Source: a virus
Lineage: Duplodnaviria > Caudoviricetes
Virus record (IMG/VR): IMGVR_UViG_2585428004_000001
Location: 1 to 64,000 of that record
Strand: one strand, 5' to 3'
Length of the DNA stretch: 64,000 nt
The notes under the pieces are model-generated. The model had not been told where the DNA came from. It worked only from the letters and a program-made list of their open reading frames with translations, and searched no databases. This document shows, one piece after another, positions 9,505-19,592 of this stretch. Within the stretch, counting starts at the first letter, position 1; each line of letters starts with the position of its first letter. Made by a program: the position numbers and the translations under genes.

Positions 9505-9906
9505 GTGGGAGTAAGGCGAGCAGGAAGAAGAAGAGCAGGAGACCCATGGAGAAGCGTTAATAGCACGAAGGGCGCTCCTAGTGCGCATCAAACATACAGT
9601 TATGGTTCTCCTAAGATGACCTTAGAATGTGAAAAACTTTCTGAGGAAGAATTGAAAGAACTTAGTGGAGAGGTAGTAACTTACAAGTTAGAAGAATTGG
9701 AGGAAAATAAAATGGAACGCAAAGATTTTATGGACGACCATTTCTCAGATTGGACAGATGAAGAGAAAATGTATTTTGCAAAGTACAAGCTAGAACAAAT
9801 GAAGGTTCGTGAAAGTGAGCCTAATGGCGTTATACTTGTCTCTCAAGACCATATCAAGATTCATCAGTGGCTTATTGAACAGGCTCTGAAAAATATAAAA
9901 GAATGA
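9505..9906 (+). CDS. Hypothetical protein (possibly two fused small genes)
   Basis: RBS AGGAGG before GTG; internal GGAGG...ATG near 9711. Confidence 0.55.
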   Translation: MGVRRAGRRRAGDPWRSVNSTKGAPSAHQTYSYGSPKMTLECEKLSEEELKELSGEVVTYKLEELEENKMERKDFMDDHFSDWTDEEKMYFAKYKLEQMKVRESEPNGVILVSQDHIKIHQWLIEQALKNIKE

Positions 9907-9916
9907 GGTATTGATT

Positions 9917-10096
9917 ATGTAACAAGAGTTTGAAGTTATTTTTGTAGAGAAAGATAGGTCAAAGGTTTATATTAAAGCAGATAGCCCAGAGCATGCTCAG
10001 AAGTTGTTTGACGATGGCAACTATGAAGGTCACAAGGCAACAGAATTAGATTTGTGGGATGCAGAGGTTGAAACAATAAGTGAATTAGAAGGATAG
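9917..10096 (+). pseudogene. Small gene with a nonsense codon at position 2
   Basis: RBS GAGGT, then ATG TAA, then 57 open codons QEFEVIFVEKDRSKVYIKADSPEHA...ELEG. Confidence 0.6.
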
Positions 10097-10098
10097 TT

Positions 10099-10130
10099 AA
10101 GAGGTGCTAATTGAGTGCCTCTTTTTATTT
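10099..10130 (+). terminator. Intrinsic terminator
   Basis: AAGAGGTGCT-aattg-AGTGCCTCTT followed by a T tract. Confidence 0.7.
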
Positions 10131-10245
10131 TGAAAAATTAAAAGTTTCTAAATTTAACAAGAATAAGTTGACAGGAATTCGGTTAACTTTTACACTGTAA
10201 CCATACAACAGTATTACAGTATATAACCAAAAGAGGTGAGAACGT

Positions 10246-10473
10246 TTGAGAAGGAATAGATTCAAATTTAAAAGCAAAAGAAGCCATCATTCTCTTTATC
10301 GTAGCGGTGTACCAGTTCGAAACCTATTTATGGGATTTGCGCTTGTGCTTCGTATCGCAGTTATACTAGGCGTCCCATTTGTCATATTTGCATTTCAAGA
10401 ATCTATTACAGGATATCTCAAGGTTCTTGTCTTATGGTACATTAACGAACGAATCATAAAAGCAATTGATTGA
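10246..10473 (+). CDS. Small membrane protein
   Basis: Two hydrophobic segments; RBS GAGGTG. Confidence 0.65.
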   Translation: MRRNRFKFKSKRSHHSLYRSGVPVRNLFMGFALVLRIAVILGVPFVIFAFQESITGYLKVLVLWYINERIIKAID

Positions 10474-10487
10474 GAGGAGATATGAAA

Positions 10488-10808
10488 ATGTTAAATATTG
10501 TTACTTGGGATGAGAATGATACAAAGAAGAATATGAATTTTGATGATTCTGTTGATGTGTCAGAGTTGATAGTCGATTATCGTAACGATAAATTGCCAGG
10601 AGAGATTCAAACAAAGCATGCTATTGCTCTGATTATGATGAATCTAATAGGAGACTACCATGCAATCGTAGTGAAGCGCTCAGAAGAACTTCTGGAGGAT
10701 TCAGAGATATATCTGCTTACTTGGAATGAAGTTGTTGAAGGTGGAGATATGAAAAAGATAGACACCTTCTTGCTACGAGATTTAGTTAACGACAATCTTT
10801 TTAAATAA
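10488..10808 (+). CDS. Hypothetical protein
   Basis: RBS GAGGAG. Confidence 0.65.
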   Translation: MLNIVTWDENDTKKNMNFDDSVDVSELIVDYRNDKLPGEIQTKHAIALIMMNLIGDYHAIVVKRSEELLEDSEIYLLTWNEVVEGGDMKKIDTFLLRDLVNDNLFK

Positions 10809-10885
10809 CATTCAAAAAAGTTCTTGACTGTAATACTGTTACAGTGATACAGTATGTAATAGATAAACCGAAGGGAATGATACAA

Positions 10886-11929
10886 ATGTCAGCAGTTAAA
10901 TCTTATGATAGTTTGGAAGTCGCAGAGGTTCTTCCATTACATAACATGGATGTTCAAGAAGTTTATGAAGCTTTCTTGAGCGAGCATTATCGCAACTCTG
11001 AGAGAACAGCAGGGGAATACAAGTCTCGTGTCGAGGAATTCTTCATGCTAACTCTTGGTAAAGAGATGAAATTTGTTACAGTTGATGATATTAAATCAGT
11101 CAAGAACAAGGATGTTCAAACTAAATTCGTTGATGTTCTAATTGAAAGAGGGAACACAGCAGGAACGATTAAGACCAAGCTACATAGTGTCTCAAGCTTC
11201 TACAATGCTCTTCTTAAGAATGAAGTTTCAGTTAATCCAAGAGCATTAGATATTAAGCTTAAGAAGAGTACGAAGCATCATGAGGCACTTTCCTTGCAAG
11301 AGTATCTGAATTTACTGGAGTTTATGAAAGAAGAGTCTGATGGGTTGGAGAAGTATCTATATTCAAAGACTCTCTTTCATACTGGTGGTCGTAAAACAGC
11401 TACACTATACTTCTCATGGGACAAGATTACCCAGAAGAAAGATATTGGTACTGGTCAAATGGTCTGGGTTATTGATTTCGTAGGTAAAGGTAGCAAGGAT
11501 ACAGAGAGACCAATCTCTGACGAATTCTACAATGAATTGAAACAGTTAGATAATGGACAGGAGAATGTGTTCTCAATGCTGTCTAGTAGTGAAGGTGCTT
11601 ATAAGCGCTATGAAAGAAGCTTGAAGAAGTATGCGAAGATGATTGGCAAGAATATATCTATCCATACTATGAAAGCTACTGCAATTACAATTGGATACCA
11701 GTTAACAAAGGATATAAACCTGTGCAAGCAATTAGGCGCTCATAGTTCCATGGCTACTACAGAGATTTATATCAAGGAAGAGAAGTCCTATGTTAACCAA
11801 CTAAGCTACAATATGAGTAGGGATATTGACGAGTCTATTCTAGATGAACTGTCTCATGAGGAGCTATTGTCATTCATTAAAGACAATGAAGATATTAAGA
11901 TGAGTATCTTGATGCGGTTGGGAAGATAG
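10886..11929 (+). CDS. Tyrosine-recombinase-family protein (SPbeta YopP/SroD-like)
   Basis: TGGRK, GKG.K, HTMK (HxxR variant), LGAHSS...TEIY; 19-bp operator at 10827-10845 in its promoter. Confidence 0.8.
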   Translation: MSAVKSYDSLEVAEVLPLHNMDVQEVYEAFLSEHYRNSERTAGEYKSRVEEFFMLTLGKEMKFVTVDDIKSVKNKDVQTKFVDVLIERGNTAGTIKTKLHSVSSFYNALLKNEVSVNPRALDIKLKKSTKHHEALSLQEYLNLLEFMKEESDGLEKYLYSKTLFHTGGRKTATLYFSWDKITQKKDIGTGQMVWVIDFVGKGSKDTERPISDEFYNELKQLDNGQENVFSMLSSSEGAYKRYERSLKKYAKMIGKNISIHTMKATAITIGYQLTKDINLCKQLGAHSSMATTEIYIKEEKSYVNQLSYNMSRDIDESILDELSHEELLSFIKDNEDIKMSILMRLGR

Positions 11930-12135
11930 CGCTCAATCGCATCGTATCGAAATGTTAAACAAAATCATTAAAATATGTTGACTTATGATGGTAATGCATT
12001 TATAATCTTAATTAAGAGTTAAGCAAAACCATTAATAAAAATAAGGATTCCGTGTTGGGGAATGCGGAATCTTAAATAATGGAGGTAATTTAATGAACTG
12101 CAATGGTGCATTACGTACAGGGAGAGTAAAAGAAT

Positions 12136-12588
12136 ATGAGAGATATGTTAAATCTACAGGCTTTAAAACATAGTAAGAAAACTAAGCATCAAACTATTTA
12201 CGAAAAAGCACATCGAATGATGTCACAAGGTTGGGAAACTAAGGAACTAACAGAAGAGGAGATTCTAGAGATTGCTTCTAAATATCCTACACTGAAGGTC
12301 AAGGTTCTTGTGGGAGGAACTACGATAGTAAGAAGTAAGAAGGATACTTGGGTAATTAGAGACGAGGCTCGCTTCTATACTTTATACCATCAAGGTTTAT
12401 CATTCGTAAAAGGTAAAACAAGAGAGAGATACCATGTGCAAGATGTCTTCTACGATATGGAGTTTATCTTTGCCAGTATCATTAGCCACGATGACTATGC
12501 TTTGGGGATTGCATCAAGAACCACGGCAGAGATACTGGAGATAATTGAACAGAGTAATGTTAATCAAAGTTCAGTTGTTAGCGTTTGA
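12136..12588 (+). CDS. Hypothetical protein
   Basis: 150-aa ORF downstream of a TTGACT..TATAAT promoter. Confidence 0.7.
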   Translation: MRDMLNLQALKHSKKTKHQTIYEKAHRMMSQGWETKELTEEEILEIASKYPTLKVKVLVGGTTIVRSKKDTWVIRDEARFYTLYHQGLSFVKGKTRERYHVQDVFYDMEFIFASIISHDDYALGIASRTTAEILEIIEQSNVNQSSVVSV

Positions 12589-12799
12589 TTATTAAATAAA
12601 ACAATTGCAATTTAATGTAAAAGCCGTCAAAGCCTTTAGTATCAAGCTTTGGCGGTGATTAAAAAAATATTAAACAAAAGTATTGAAAAATACTTGCAAT
12701 CGTTAAACAAATGCATTAAGATAGGCTTATAGATAGGAAGTACATACATAGAGATAGGTAAAATAGTAAATAGTATTTAAAACCAAGTTATGAAGGAGA

Positions 12800-14029
12800 T
12801 TGTGTGAGATGAGACGTATGGACGTGAATGTAAAGAGGGAGTTAGGTCAAGTATTAACGGCTTTGAATATGGGTGTTTTAGTAGGCACTAAGGAAGAGAT
12901 TGCTGAAGGTCTTGTAAGAACTATTGGAAGACAATCTGTTGTAGAAATCTTTGATAATCAGAATATCGATGAATTAGAAAATCTAGAAATCAGAAAGCAA
13001 AAAGCTGTTTTCAATAAACTATATGCTTTCTCTAAGAAGGAAACATTGAATCCATTCAGAATCTTCTTATGGGAAATTACAGAAGGATTTTATAACGAAT
13101 CATTTAAAGTAACTTTCATCGAATCGATGATTAACGAATATACGGAAGAATCAATAAAGAACATTGCTATTATCTTTGATAGAACAGCTTCTGTAGAAGA
13201 GAAGCTAGGTAAAGACCTGTATGACTTTGATACAGATGAATTAACAGAAGCTTTCGTAGCTTTAAAATCTAAAACCGTAAGAAGCTTACAGAACTATGTG
13301 TCTAAGATTAAACAATACGTTGATTTCGCTCTTAAACAAGGAGTGACAGCATATAACTTTAACCATGCAACATCTTATAATACGCAGAAGAAAATCGAGA
13401 AGTACGTTGATGAAGAGGCGAACATGATTTTCGATATGGAAGAGATTATGGATATGGCAGAGTATTCAGATAATGCTCAAGATGGCGTAATACTCGCTCT
13501 AACATTTGATGGCGTAAGCTTTAAGGATAACTACACTGAATTAGTTGAGTTAACGGAAAAGCAAGTTGACTTCGAGAATAGCGTAATCAATCTTCCAGAA
13601 AGAACTGAGGGAGATAGGAAAGTTGAAGCAAGAACTGTTCCAATGAGTGCGAAAACAAGAATGCTTGTGAAACGTGCTATTGAAGATGGGGAGTATGTAA
13701 GTATCACAGGAGAGAAGTCTCGTACATATAAATTAGCTGAATCTAACCATATCCTTCGTGGAGTGCGTAAGGGTAGAGAGAAGATTAACTGGAGAAATAT
13801 TAACCAACGTATCCTTCGTATTGCAGATGTTGAGGCTAAAGAAAATCTAAATGCAACAACAATTTCTTATAGTGGACAAGTATACTACGCATACCAATTA
13901 ATCAGAAATGGAATGAATACTGATAAAGCTGTAGATATGATTCTAAATAGATTTGGATTAGCAGTTAATACATCTTCTAGATTTTACTTAAAAAATAGAA
14001 TTGAACAATATATAAATAATTTAGCATAA
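12800..14029 (+). CDS. MrpR/YopR-like lytic-cycle repressor (degenerate tyrosine-recombinase fold)
   Basis: KDLYDF..EL...F, S.I.QY..FA and NAQD.VIL.L.F.G blocks; no canonical R/HxxR/Y set; start may be 12809. Confidence 0.65.
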   Translation: MCEMRRMDVNVKRELGQVLTALNMGVLVGTKEEIAEGLVRTIGRQSVVEIFDNQNIDELENLEIRKQKAVFNKLYAFSKKETLNPFRIFLWEITEGFYNESFKVTFIESMINEYTEESIKNIAIIFDRTASVEEKLGKDLYDFDTDELTEAFVALKSKTVRSLQNYVSKIKQYVDFALKQGVTAYNFNHATSYNTQKKIEKYVDEEANMIFDMEEIMDMAEYSDNAQDGVILALTFDGVSFKDNYTELVELTEKQVDFENSVINLPERTEGDRKVEARTVPMSAKTRMLVKRAIEDGEYVSITGEKSRTYKLAESNHILRGVRKGREKINWRNINQRILRIADVEAKENLNATTISYSGQVYYAYQLIRNGMNTDKAVDMILNRFGLAVNTSSRFYLKNRIEQYINNLA

Positions 14030-14161
14030 CATAACTTAATTTAGTCTAACTTAACTTTATAGATAATCTAAAAATAATACGCTTGACATATATTGTGATT
14101 AATAAATAAAGAACTCAATCAACTTGCAAGAACAAGGTTGATTGAGAATAAAGATTCTATG

Positions 14162-14632
14162 CTACCAGACGAACCATCCCTTAAGACGATTAAATATGTT
14201 AACGTCTATAGCAAGGGCAGATAAGACAAGCATTATTCCAGATAGTGCAAAAAGGACAATAAGAACCACTATGCATATAGTTATAGCTCTTACTCTCCTT
14301 TGACTATGTTTTTCGATAAACTTATCTTTACCTCTGTCGAAAAAACATAGGACTATAATATCAAAAAATTGCATGGTGGTAACAGGTCTAACAATAAACC
14401 ATTTTTTATCGCCATGTATAAATCTCATGATTGTTCCTTTTGGAATATCGTAATCAAATTTAATCTTACGCTTGAGTAAATATATGAAAAGCCAAGCGGA
14501 AAATAATATACCTAATCCAAAGAAAGCGAAGGCGATTATCATATGGTCTGTAAAATGTTCCCAAAATTCATTATTTTCGAGCATGAGGTTTAGTTCACGT
14601 ATACAGCGTTCCAACTGTTCCGATTCGTTCAT
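14162..14632 (-). CDS. Membrane protein co-transcribed with the XRE gene
   Basis: Two or three TM segments; RBS AAGGGAGG. Confidence 0.7.
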   Translation of the reverse strand: MNESEQLERCIRELNLMLENNEFWEHFTDHMIIAFAFFGLGILFSAWLFIYLLKRKIKFDYDIPKGTIMRFIHGDKKWFIVRPVTTMQFFDIIVLCFFDRGKDKFIEKHSQRRVRAITICIVVLIVLFALSGIMLVLSALAIDVNIFNRLKGWFVW

Positions 14633-14658
14633 ATGAATCCTCCCTTATATATTTGAGC

Positions 14659-15027
14659 TTATTCTTCTTCAAGTAATTTCTTATACCAGTAAACAGTCTT
14701 TTTCAAGAACTCTTCTTTCTTTTCTTCACTGAGTTCTTTGTTACTGGTAATCTGAGAAATTGACTTAGATAGTATAGGATGAGATTCTAATGCTTGTCTA
14801 GTGGATAAAGGTATTTTTCCAAAACATTCAAATAAGCGGTCTTCATTCAGCCCTAGAACTTTTGCGAGATTGACAATGATATCATCAGAGGGATTTGAAT
14901 TTTCTCCCTTCTCTAACTTAGATATATAATTAATAGAAACGCCGACCATTTTAGAAGTTGTTTCCAGTGTGTACTTCTTCTCTAATCTTTTTAATCTGAG
15001 TAGGTCTCCAGTATTGTTGTTTTCCAT
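14659..15027 (-). CDS. XRE-family repressor
   Basis: TLETTSKMVGVSINYISKLEKGENSNPS. Confidence 0.9.
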   Translation of the reverse strand: MENNNTGDLLRLKRLEKKYTLETTSKMVGVSINYISKLEKGENSNPSDDIIVNLAKVLGLNEDRLFECFGKIPLSTRQALESHPILSKSISQITSNKELSEEKKEEFLKKTVYWYKKLLEEE

Positions 15028-15114
15028 ACAACCACCTTCGTATAATTAGTTTAGTTGATTAAGTACCAAGTTAAGCACCAATTATCATGATAACACAATG
15101 TTTAGACTACTTAC

Positions 15115-15178
15115 ACTCTGACTTGAAATTTTAAAGTCAGAGTTGAAAAAAGTCTTGATTTCAACTCTAAGTTGAAAT
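15115..15178. promoter_or_regulatory. Inverted repeats between divergent units (candidate XRE operators)
   Basis: ACTCTGACTT..AAGTCAGAGT (15115-15143); ATTTCAAC-tctaa-GTTGAAAT (15158-15178). Confidence 0.5.
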
Positions 15179-15480
15179 ACAATAATAAAGTCGTAACATT
15201 TGTAACATAATTGAAAAACAGGAAATACATACAAGATGAATCCGCACTGTGCCAACATTGACACGGAGGGCAGATGGTAAAACATCAAGAGGTAAATGGC
15301 AAAAAATTCTTGAAGTAAAGAGAAAAATAATATACTTCGAATTCGAGATTTTTTTTGGTCGAGAAATCGAACGTATGTACTCTTAAAGTATAAAATGGCA
15401 AAAAAATTATGAAGTACAGCCTTGTCAATAGATATGGCGAAAACATAAAAAACTTAATAAGTAGGGGGAAGTTAGTTACT

Positions 15481-15966
15481 ATGCGTAAATTTACTATCAA
15501 CCAAGTGTCAAACATGAGAGGATTCGATGCGTTAACGCAGGGAGAAGCTTCTATTGAAGAGATGCTCCTGCATAATTGCAATGAATTAAAAAACACTCGT
15601 AGAGGATTTAATGTAACAAGAATTGATGTGCTTGCTTCAACAGAAGATTCGCTTATTACAAAGTGGGTTGAAATGTGCTTGAAGTTAACACCAGAAGAAC
15701 TGAAGGACGACTACGTTAAAAAGGCTTTACGTTTTATGGCAGAAAAAATTCTACGTGACCATTGCACCGAACAAATGGCTGACACGTTTAGAGAGAATAT
15801 AGTTAATCGATATAATATTCTTGGACAAGATATTCAAAAGGTTGTTCATTCTATTTCGAAGTATTTAAAATGTGGAAGAGTAGTTCCTGTTGCACAATCA
15901 TATAGAGAAGCGCTTGAAGAACTATCGGAAGGAGTTGTTATTTACGATGAGCCAAAAAATCACTAA
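15481..15966 (+). CDS. Hypothetical protein
   Basis: RBS GGGGG before ATG 15481. Confidence 0.65.
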   Translation: MRKFTINQVSNMRGFDALTQGEASIEEMLLHNCNELKNTRRGFNVTRIDVLASTEDSLITKWVEMCLKLTPEELKDDYVKKALRFMAEKILRDHCTEQMADTFRENIVNRYNILGQDIQKVVHSISKYLKCGRVVPVAQSYREALEELSEGVVIYDEPKNH

Positions 15967-16216
15967 TCACGAAGATATGCAATCTTTGGAAAAAATTGAA
16001 GAGGTCATCATATCATTAGAACTTTCAACGCAAAAGTCTCTTTCTCTCATCGCCCTTAGCGTTGATAGAAAAGAAGCGTTTGCAGAATCGTTTAATCTTA
16101 TTGATGAGACTGAACAGATTCTCTCTGGTATTAAAGATTCATTAATCAGAACCATTGCAAAAGAGAAGATTCTTGATGCTACAGAAAGTTTTCAGTCAAA
16201 GATGCATCAAGTATAG
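15947..16216 (+). CDS. Hypothetical protein
   Basis: RBS AAGGAG before ATG 15947. Confidence 0.6.
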   Translation: MSQKITNHEDMQSLEKIEEVIISLELSTQKSLSLIALSVDRKEAFAESFNLIDETEQILSGIKDSLIRTIAKEKILDATESFQSKMHQV

Positions 16217-16365
16217 TACAAATGCGGTAAGCGTATACAATTCTGTCTACTTGAGTATATCACAGTATTGCTAAATTGGGTAATTATTCCTAGATGAATA
16301 TTATGATTTAACGATTTTGTTATATTTGTAATGATTCTGTAATATTAAAAAAATGGAGGTTTATT

Positions 16366-17697
16366 ATGACTACAATAGTTGAAGTTGCAAAAATTATTGA
16401 AAGTATTGGAGCAACCAGTGGTAAGAAAGCTAAGAAAGAGATTCTAACAAATCACAAGGATAATGAGATGCTGTGCAAAGTTTTAAATCACCTCTATAAC
16501 CCTTATGTGAAAACTAATATAGCCCAGAAGAAACTAGCGAAAGAGGTTGTAGTCGCCACAAGTCAGCGTCCTTTATTGGATGTGTATGACTACATGGACT
16601 ACTTGAGTAGCTCTACTGGAAAAGATGAGAACATTGCTGTAGTTCAAGCATTTATAACATCGCAACCAGAAGAGGTTCGTTGGTTGCTAGAAGCAATGGC
16701 GATTAAAAAGCTTACGATTGGCGCTACAGGTAGTTCAATTAATGAAGCATTTGGATATGCATTCATACCAAGTTTTGAATTAATGCTTGCTGAGAAATAC
16801 ATTGAAGTCAAGCGTGTAAAAGGTGAGTTCAAGGTTTATGAACACTGGAAGAAGTATATTGGAAAACGTGTTATTGCAACGAAGAAATTAGATGGAAACA
16901 GAGCATGTATATTTGTTCGTGATAATGGAGTAATTGAAATATTCTCTCGTGAAGGTCACTTGCTAGAAGGATATGTTGAAATTAAAGAGGCGTTCGCACA
17001 GTTCCCTAAAGGACAGGTTTATGACGGAGAACTTCTTGCAACAAATGAAGAAGGTTTAAATTCAAAAGACTTGTACAAGAAGACATCTAGTATCATGAGA
17101 AAGAAAGGTGTCAAGAAAGGATTGGAGTTCCACGCATTCGATTTACTGCCTATTGAGAAGTTTGAACAAGGTGGATTTGAAGTAAGCTGTGAGAAGCGTA
17201 AAGAAGCGCTTGGATTAGTTGTTGGCACACAGAATCACGAGTTGGTCAAGTATGTAGAACCATTGTACATTGGCGAGTTCGATAAAGAGATTATTGATGG
17301 TCTTGCTGATGTTGCTAAAGCTAATGGCGAAGAAGGTATCATGGTTCAATTAGCAGACGTAGGATATGCTTGTAAGCGTACATTTGATATCCTTAAGGTT
17401 AAATCATTTGAATCTGCTGACTTACGATGCTTGGGCATCTACGAAGGTAAGAGTGGTAGAAATATCGGTAGTCTTGGTGGCTTTGTATTAGACTTCCATG
17501 GCAATCGTGTAAACGTGGGTAGCGGTATTCCACATGAAATACGAGATGCTATTTGGAAGAATCCAGATTTAGCATTAAACAAAATCATCGAAATACAATA
17601 CTTCGAAGCGTTTGAAGAGGAAGATGGTACGCTTGACCTGCGATTCGCATCTTTCAAAACAATCCGTGAAGACAAGACAGAGCCAAGTTACTATTGA
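16366..17697 (+). CDS. lig: ATP-dependent DNA ligase
   Basis: KKLDGNR, YDGEL, FDLL, EGIM and LKVK motifs; OB domain VGSG. Confidence 0.93.
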   Translation: MTTIVEVAKIIESIGATSGKKAKKEILTNHKDNEMLCKVLNHLYNPYVKTNIAQKKLAKEVVVATSQRPLLDVYDYMDYLSSSTGKDENIAVVQAFITSQPEEVRWLLEAMAIKKLTIGATGSSINEAFGYAFIPSFELMLAEKYIEVKRVKGEFKVYEHWKKYIGKRVIATKKLDGNRACIFVRDNGVIEIFSREGHLLEGYVEIKEAFAQFPKGQVYDGELLATNEEGLNSKDLYKKTSSIMRKKGVKKGLEFHAFDLLPIEKFEQGGFEVSCEKRKEALGLVVGTQNHELVKYVEPLYIGEFDKEIIDGLADVAKANGEEGIMVQLADVGYACKRTFDILKVKSFESADLRCLGIYEGKSGRNIGSLGGFVLDFHGNRVNVGSGIPHEIRDAIWKNPDLALNKIIEIQYFEAFEEEDGTLDLRFASFKTIREDKTEPSYY

Positions 17698-17807
17698 TGT
17701 TCGCACTTGGGAGGAGTGTAATATTCTCTTCCCAAGACTGTAACACAACTGTAAAACAAAACCATTGCAATTTATGTTACAATGAATTGAGCATCACAAG
17801 AAAGGAA

Positions 17808-18584
17808 ATGATATTAGTGAAGAATTTAACATCAAAGGAGAGTGTTGGGAGGATAGTTCTAACTGCCAGTGTTGGTTTAACTATTGCGTGTAGTGCATTT
17901 CTATACGATAGCTACAGCATGTTAGAAGAGAGTAATAGGCAGTTAGACAAGGCGAGAATACAGATTAAAGCACAACAAACCAATTACAAGGAATTAGAGG
18001 CAAAGTTTCTTAACGTTGAATCTGAAAGCCAAAAACTATCACAGAAGCAAGAAGAGTTGCAGTCTACTATATCTAATCTAGAAGCTGAGAAGAGCAATCT
18101 AGAGACTGAGAATGGCAACTTAAAGGGCGAGGTAGAACAGCTAAAAAAGATGAAAGCTGATGCAAAAGCAAAGGCAGAGCGAGAGCGAATACAGCAAGAG
18201 CAGAAGCAGAAGAAGCAACCGAAGCCACAGCAAACGCAACAATCGCAGGAGCAAAAGCCACAGTCCAGTAATGTTGTATCAGCAGGTTATGAGAACTGGC
18301 AAAAAGTTACTGTTGAAGCTACAGGATATTCTAACGTGGCAGATGAACTTGGTGGTGGCGACATCACAGCAAAAGGTACAGGTGTCAGATGGGGAATCAT
18401 CGCTGTAGACCCACGAGTTATTCCACTTGGCTCTAAAGTATATATCCCTGCGTTTGGTCAAACATTCGTAGCTGAAGATACTGGTGGGGCAATTAAAGGG
18501 AATCGCATAGATATCTTCTTTGACCATGGAGACAAGGCTAGGTCATGGGGAAGACGTTCTATCGAAATCTATGTTCAAAAATAA
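17808..18584 (+). CDS. 3D-domain (MltA-like) cell-wall protein with TM and coiled coil
   Basis: EATGY, IAVDPRVIPLGS, AEDTGGAIKGNRIDIF. Confidence 0.92.
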   Translation: MILVKNLTSKESVGRIVLTASVGLTIACSAFLYDSYSMLEESNRQLDKARIQIKAQQTNYKELEAKFLNVESESQKLSQKQEELQSTISNLEAEKSNLETENGNLKGEVEQLKKMKADAKAKAERERIQQEQKQKKQPKPQQTQQSQEQKPQSSNVVSAGYENWQKVTVEATGYSNVADELGGGDITAKGTGVRWGIIAVDPRVIPLGSKVYIPAFGQTFVAEDTGGAIKGNRIDIFFDHGDKARSWGRRSIEIYVQK

Positions 18585-18663
18585 AATAAAAAGAGAGTCA
18601 TTTTTCACTTGACTCTTTTAAACAAAACCATTAAAATAGAAAATGTAAGGGAGACAACATCAT

Positions 18664-19206
18664 ATGTTAAAGATAGCATTTAACAATTGGATAGCAGGCT
18701 CTGGTAAAGATGCTTGCGCAGATTATCTTGTAGAAAAACACGGATTTAAGAAGTATGCTCTAGCAGAAGACATTCATGGTATTGCCCACAGTATCTACGG
18801 TGTTCCAGAAGGTGAACGACCAGAAAGAGAACTGTTGTGGCACATCGGAGAATCACTTCGTGAGTATGACATCATGGTCTGGATTAACCATACGCTACGA
18901 AAAATTAAAGCTGATGGTCACGACAGAGTGATTATCACAGATGTTAGAAAGGTTCTAGAACACGCTTATCTTAGTGAATTAGGTTGGAAAAACGTCATGA
19001 TATACTGCGACCCTAAAGTAGCAATTGAACGTCTTAAACAGCGTGATGGGAAGGTTAAAGAAGAGGCTGTTATGAACAACTCTTTAGAAAACCAGTTGCG
19101 CCCATTAAAGGATTACATGAAGGTGTTCGATAACACTGATGATTTTGCAGAAACTGCCAAAGAATTGGACGCATATGTAAGATTCTTGATTGAATCTTCT
19201 AATTAA
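18664..19206 (+). CDS. Deoxynucleoside monophosphate kinase-like P-loop kinase
   Basis: AGSGKD, IGE.LR, IITDVR. Confidence 0.75.
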   Translation: MLKIAFNNWIAGSGKDACADYLVEKHGFKKYALAEDIHGIAHSIYGVPEGERPERELLWHIGESLREYDIMVWINHTLRKIKADGHDRVIITDVRKVLEHAYLSELGWKNVMIYCDPKVAIERLKQRDGKVKEEAVMNNSLENQLRPLKDYMKVFDNTDDFAETAKELDAYVRFLIESSN

Positions 19207-19246
19207 TCAACTTTAAACAAATTCATTAAAAAGTTTCTAAAAGGTA

Positions 19247-19304
19247 TTGCAAACGAACATCCGTTCTGATATGATTAGTTCATGGAAAAACGAACCAATG
19301 TTCG
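19247..19304 (+). promoter_or_regulatory. SigA promoter with two LexA/DinR (Cheo) boxes
   Basis: TTGCAA-17-TATGAT; CGAACATCCGTTCT at 19254-19267 and CGAACCAATGTTCG at 19291-19304. Confidence 0.8.
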
Positions 19305-19334
19305 GTAAATAATAACAAGTGGAGGCAACAGATT

Positions 19335-19580
19335 ATGCTTATCAAGAAATATGAAAATATCAAACAAGGGTATTATACAAAAGCATTAAGATTCATCAAG
19401 GAAAAGGAAAAGAAAGTAAAATTGGTGTTAAGCTATTCTGTTGCCACAAATGGCAAGCGATGGATTGATGATAAAGGTAAAGGTCGCTTGTTCGCACTGC
19501 TTGGAAATAAGAACGACATGTTTAATGTGAAAGCACTTGTGCTTGGCAAGCTTAAGTTGAGTGTAATGATTGGTCGATAG
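19335..19580 (+). CDS. Basic hypothetical protein, putatively SOS-induced
   Basis: RBS GGAGG; directly after the LexA boxes. Confidence 0.7.
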   Translation: MLIKKYENIKQGYYTKALRFIKEKEKKVKLVLSYSVATNGKRWIDDKGKGRLFALLGNKNDMFNVKALVLGKLKLSVMIGR

Positions 19581-19592
19581 GAGGATTACAAA

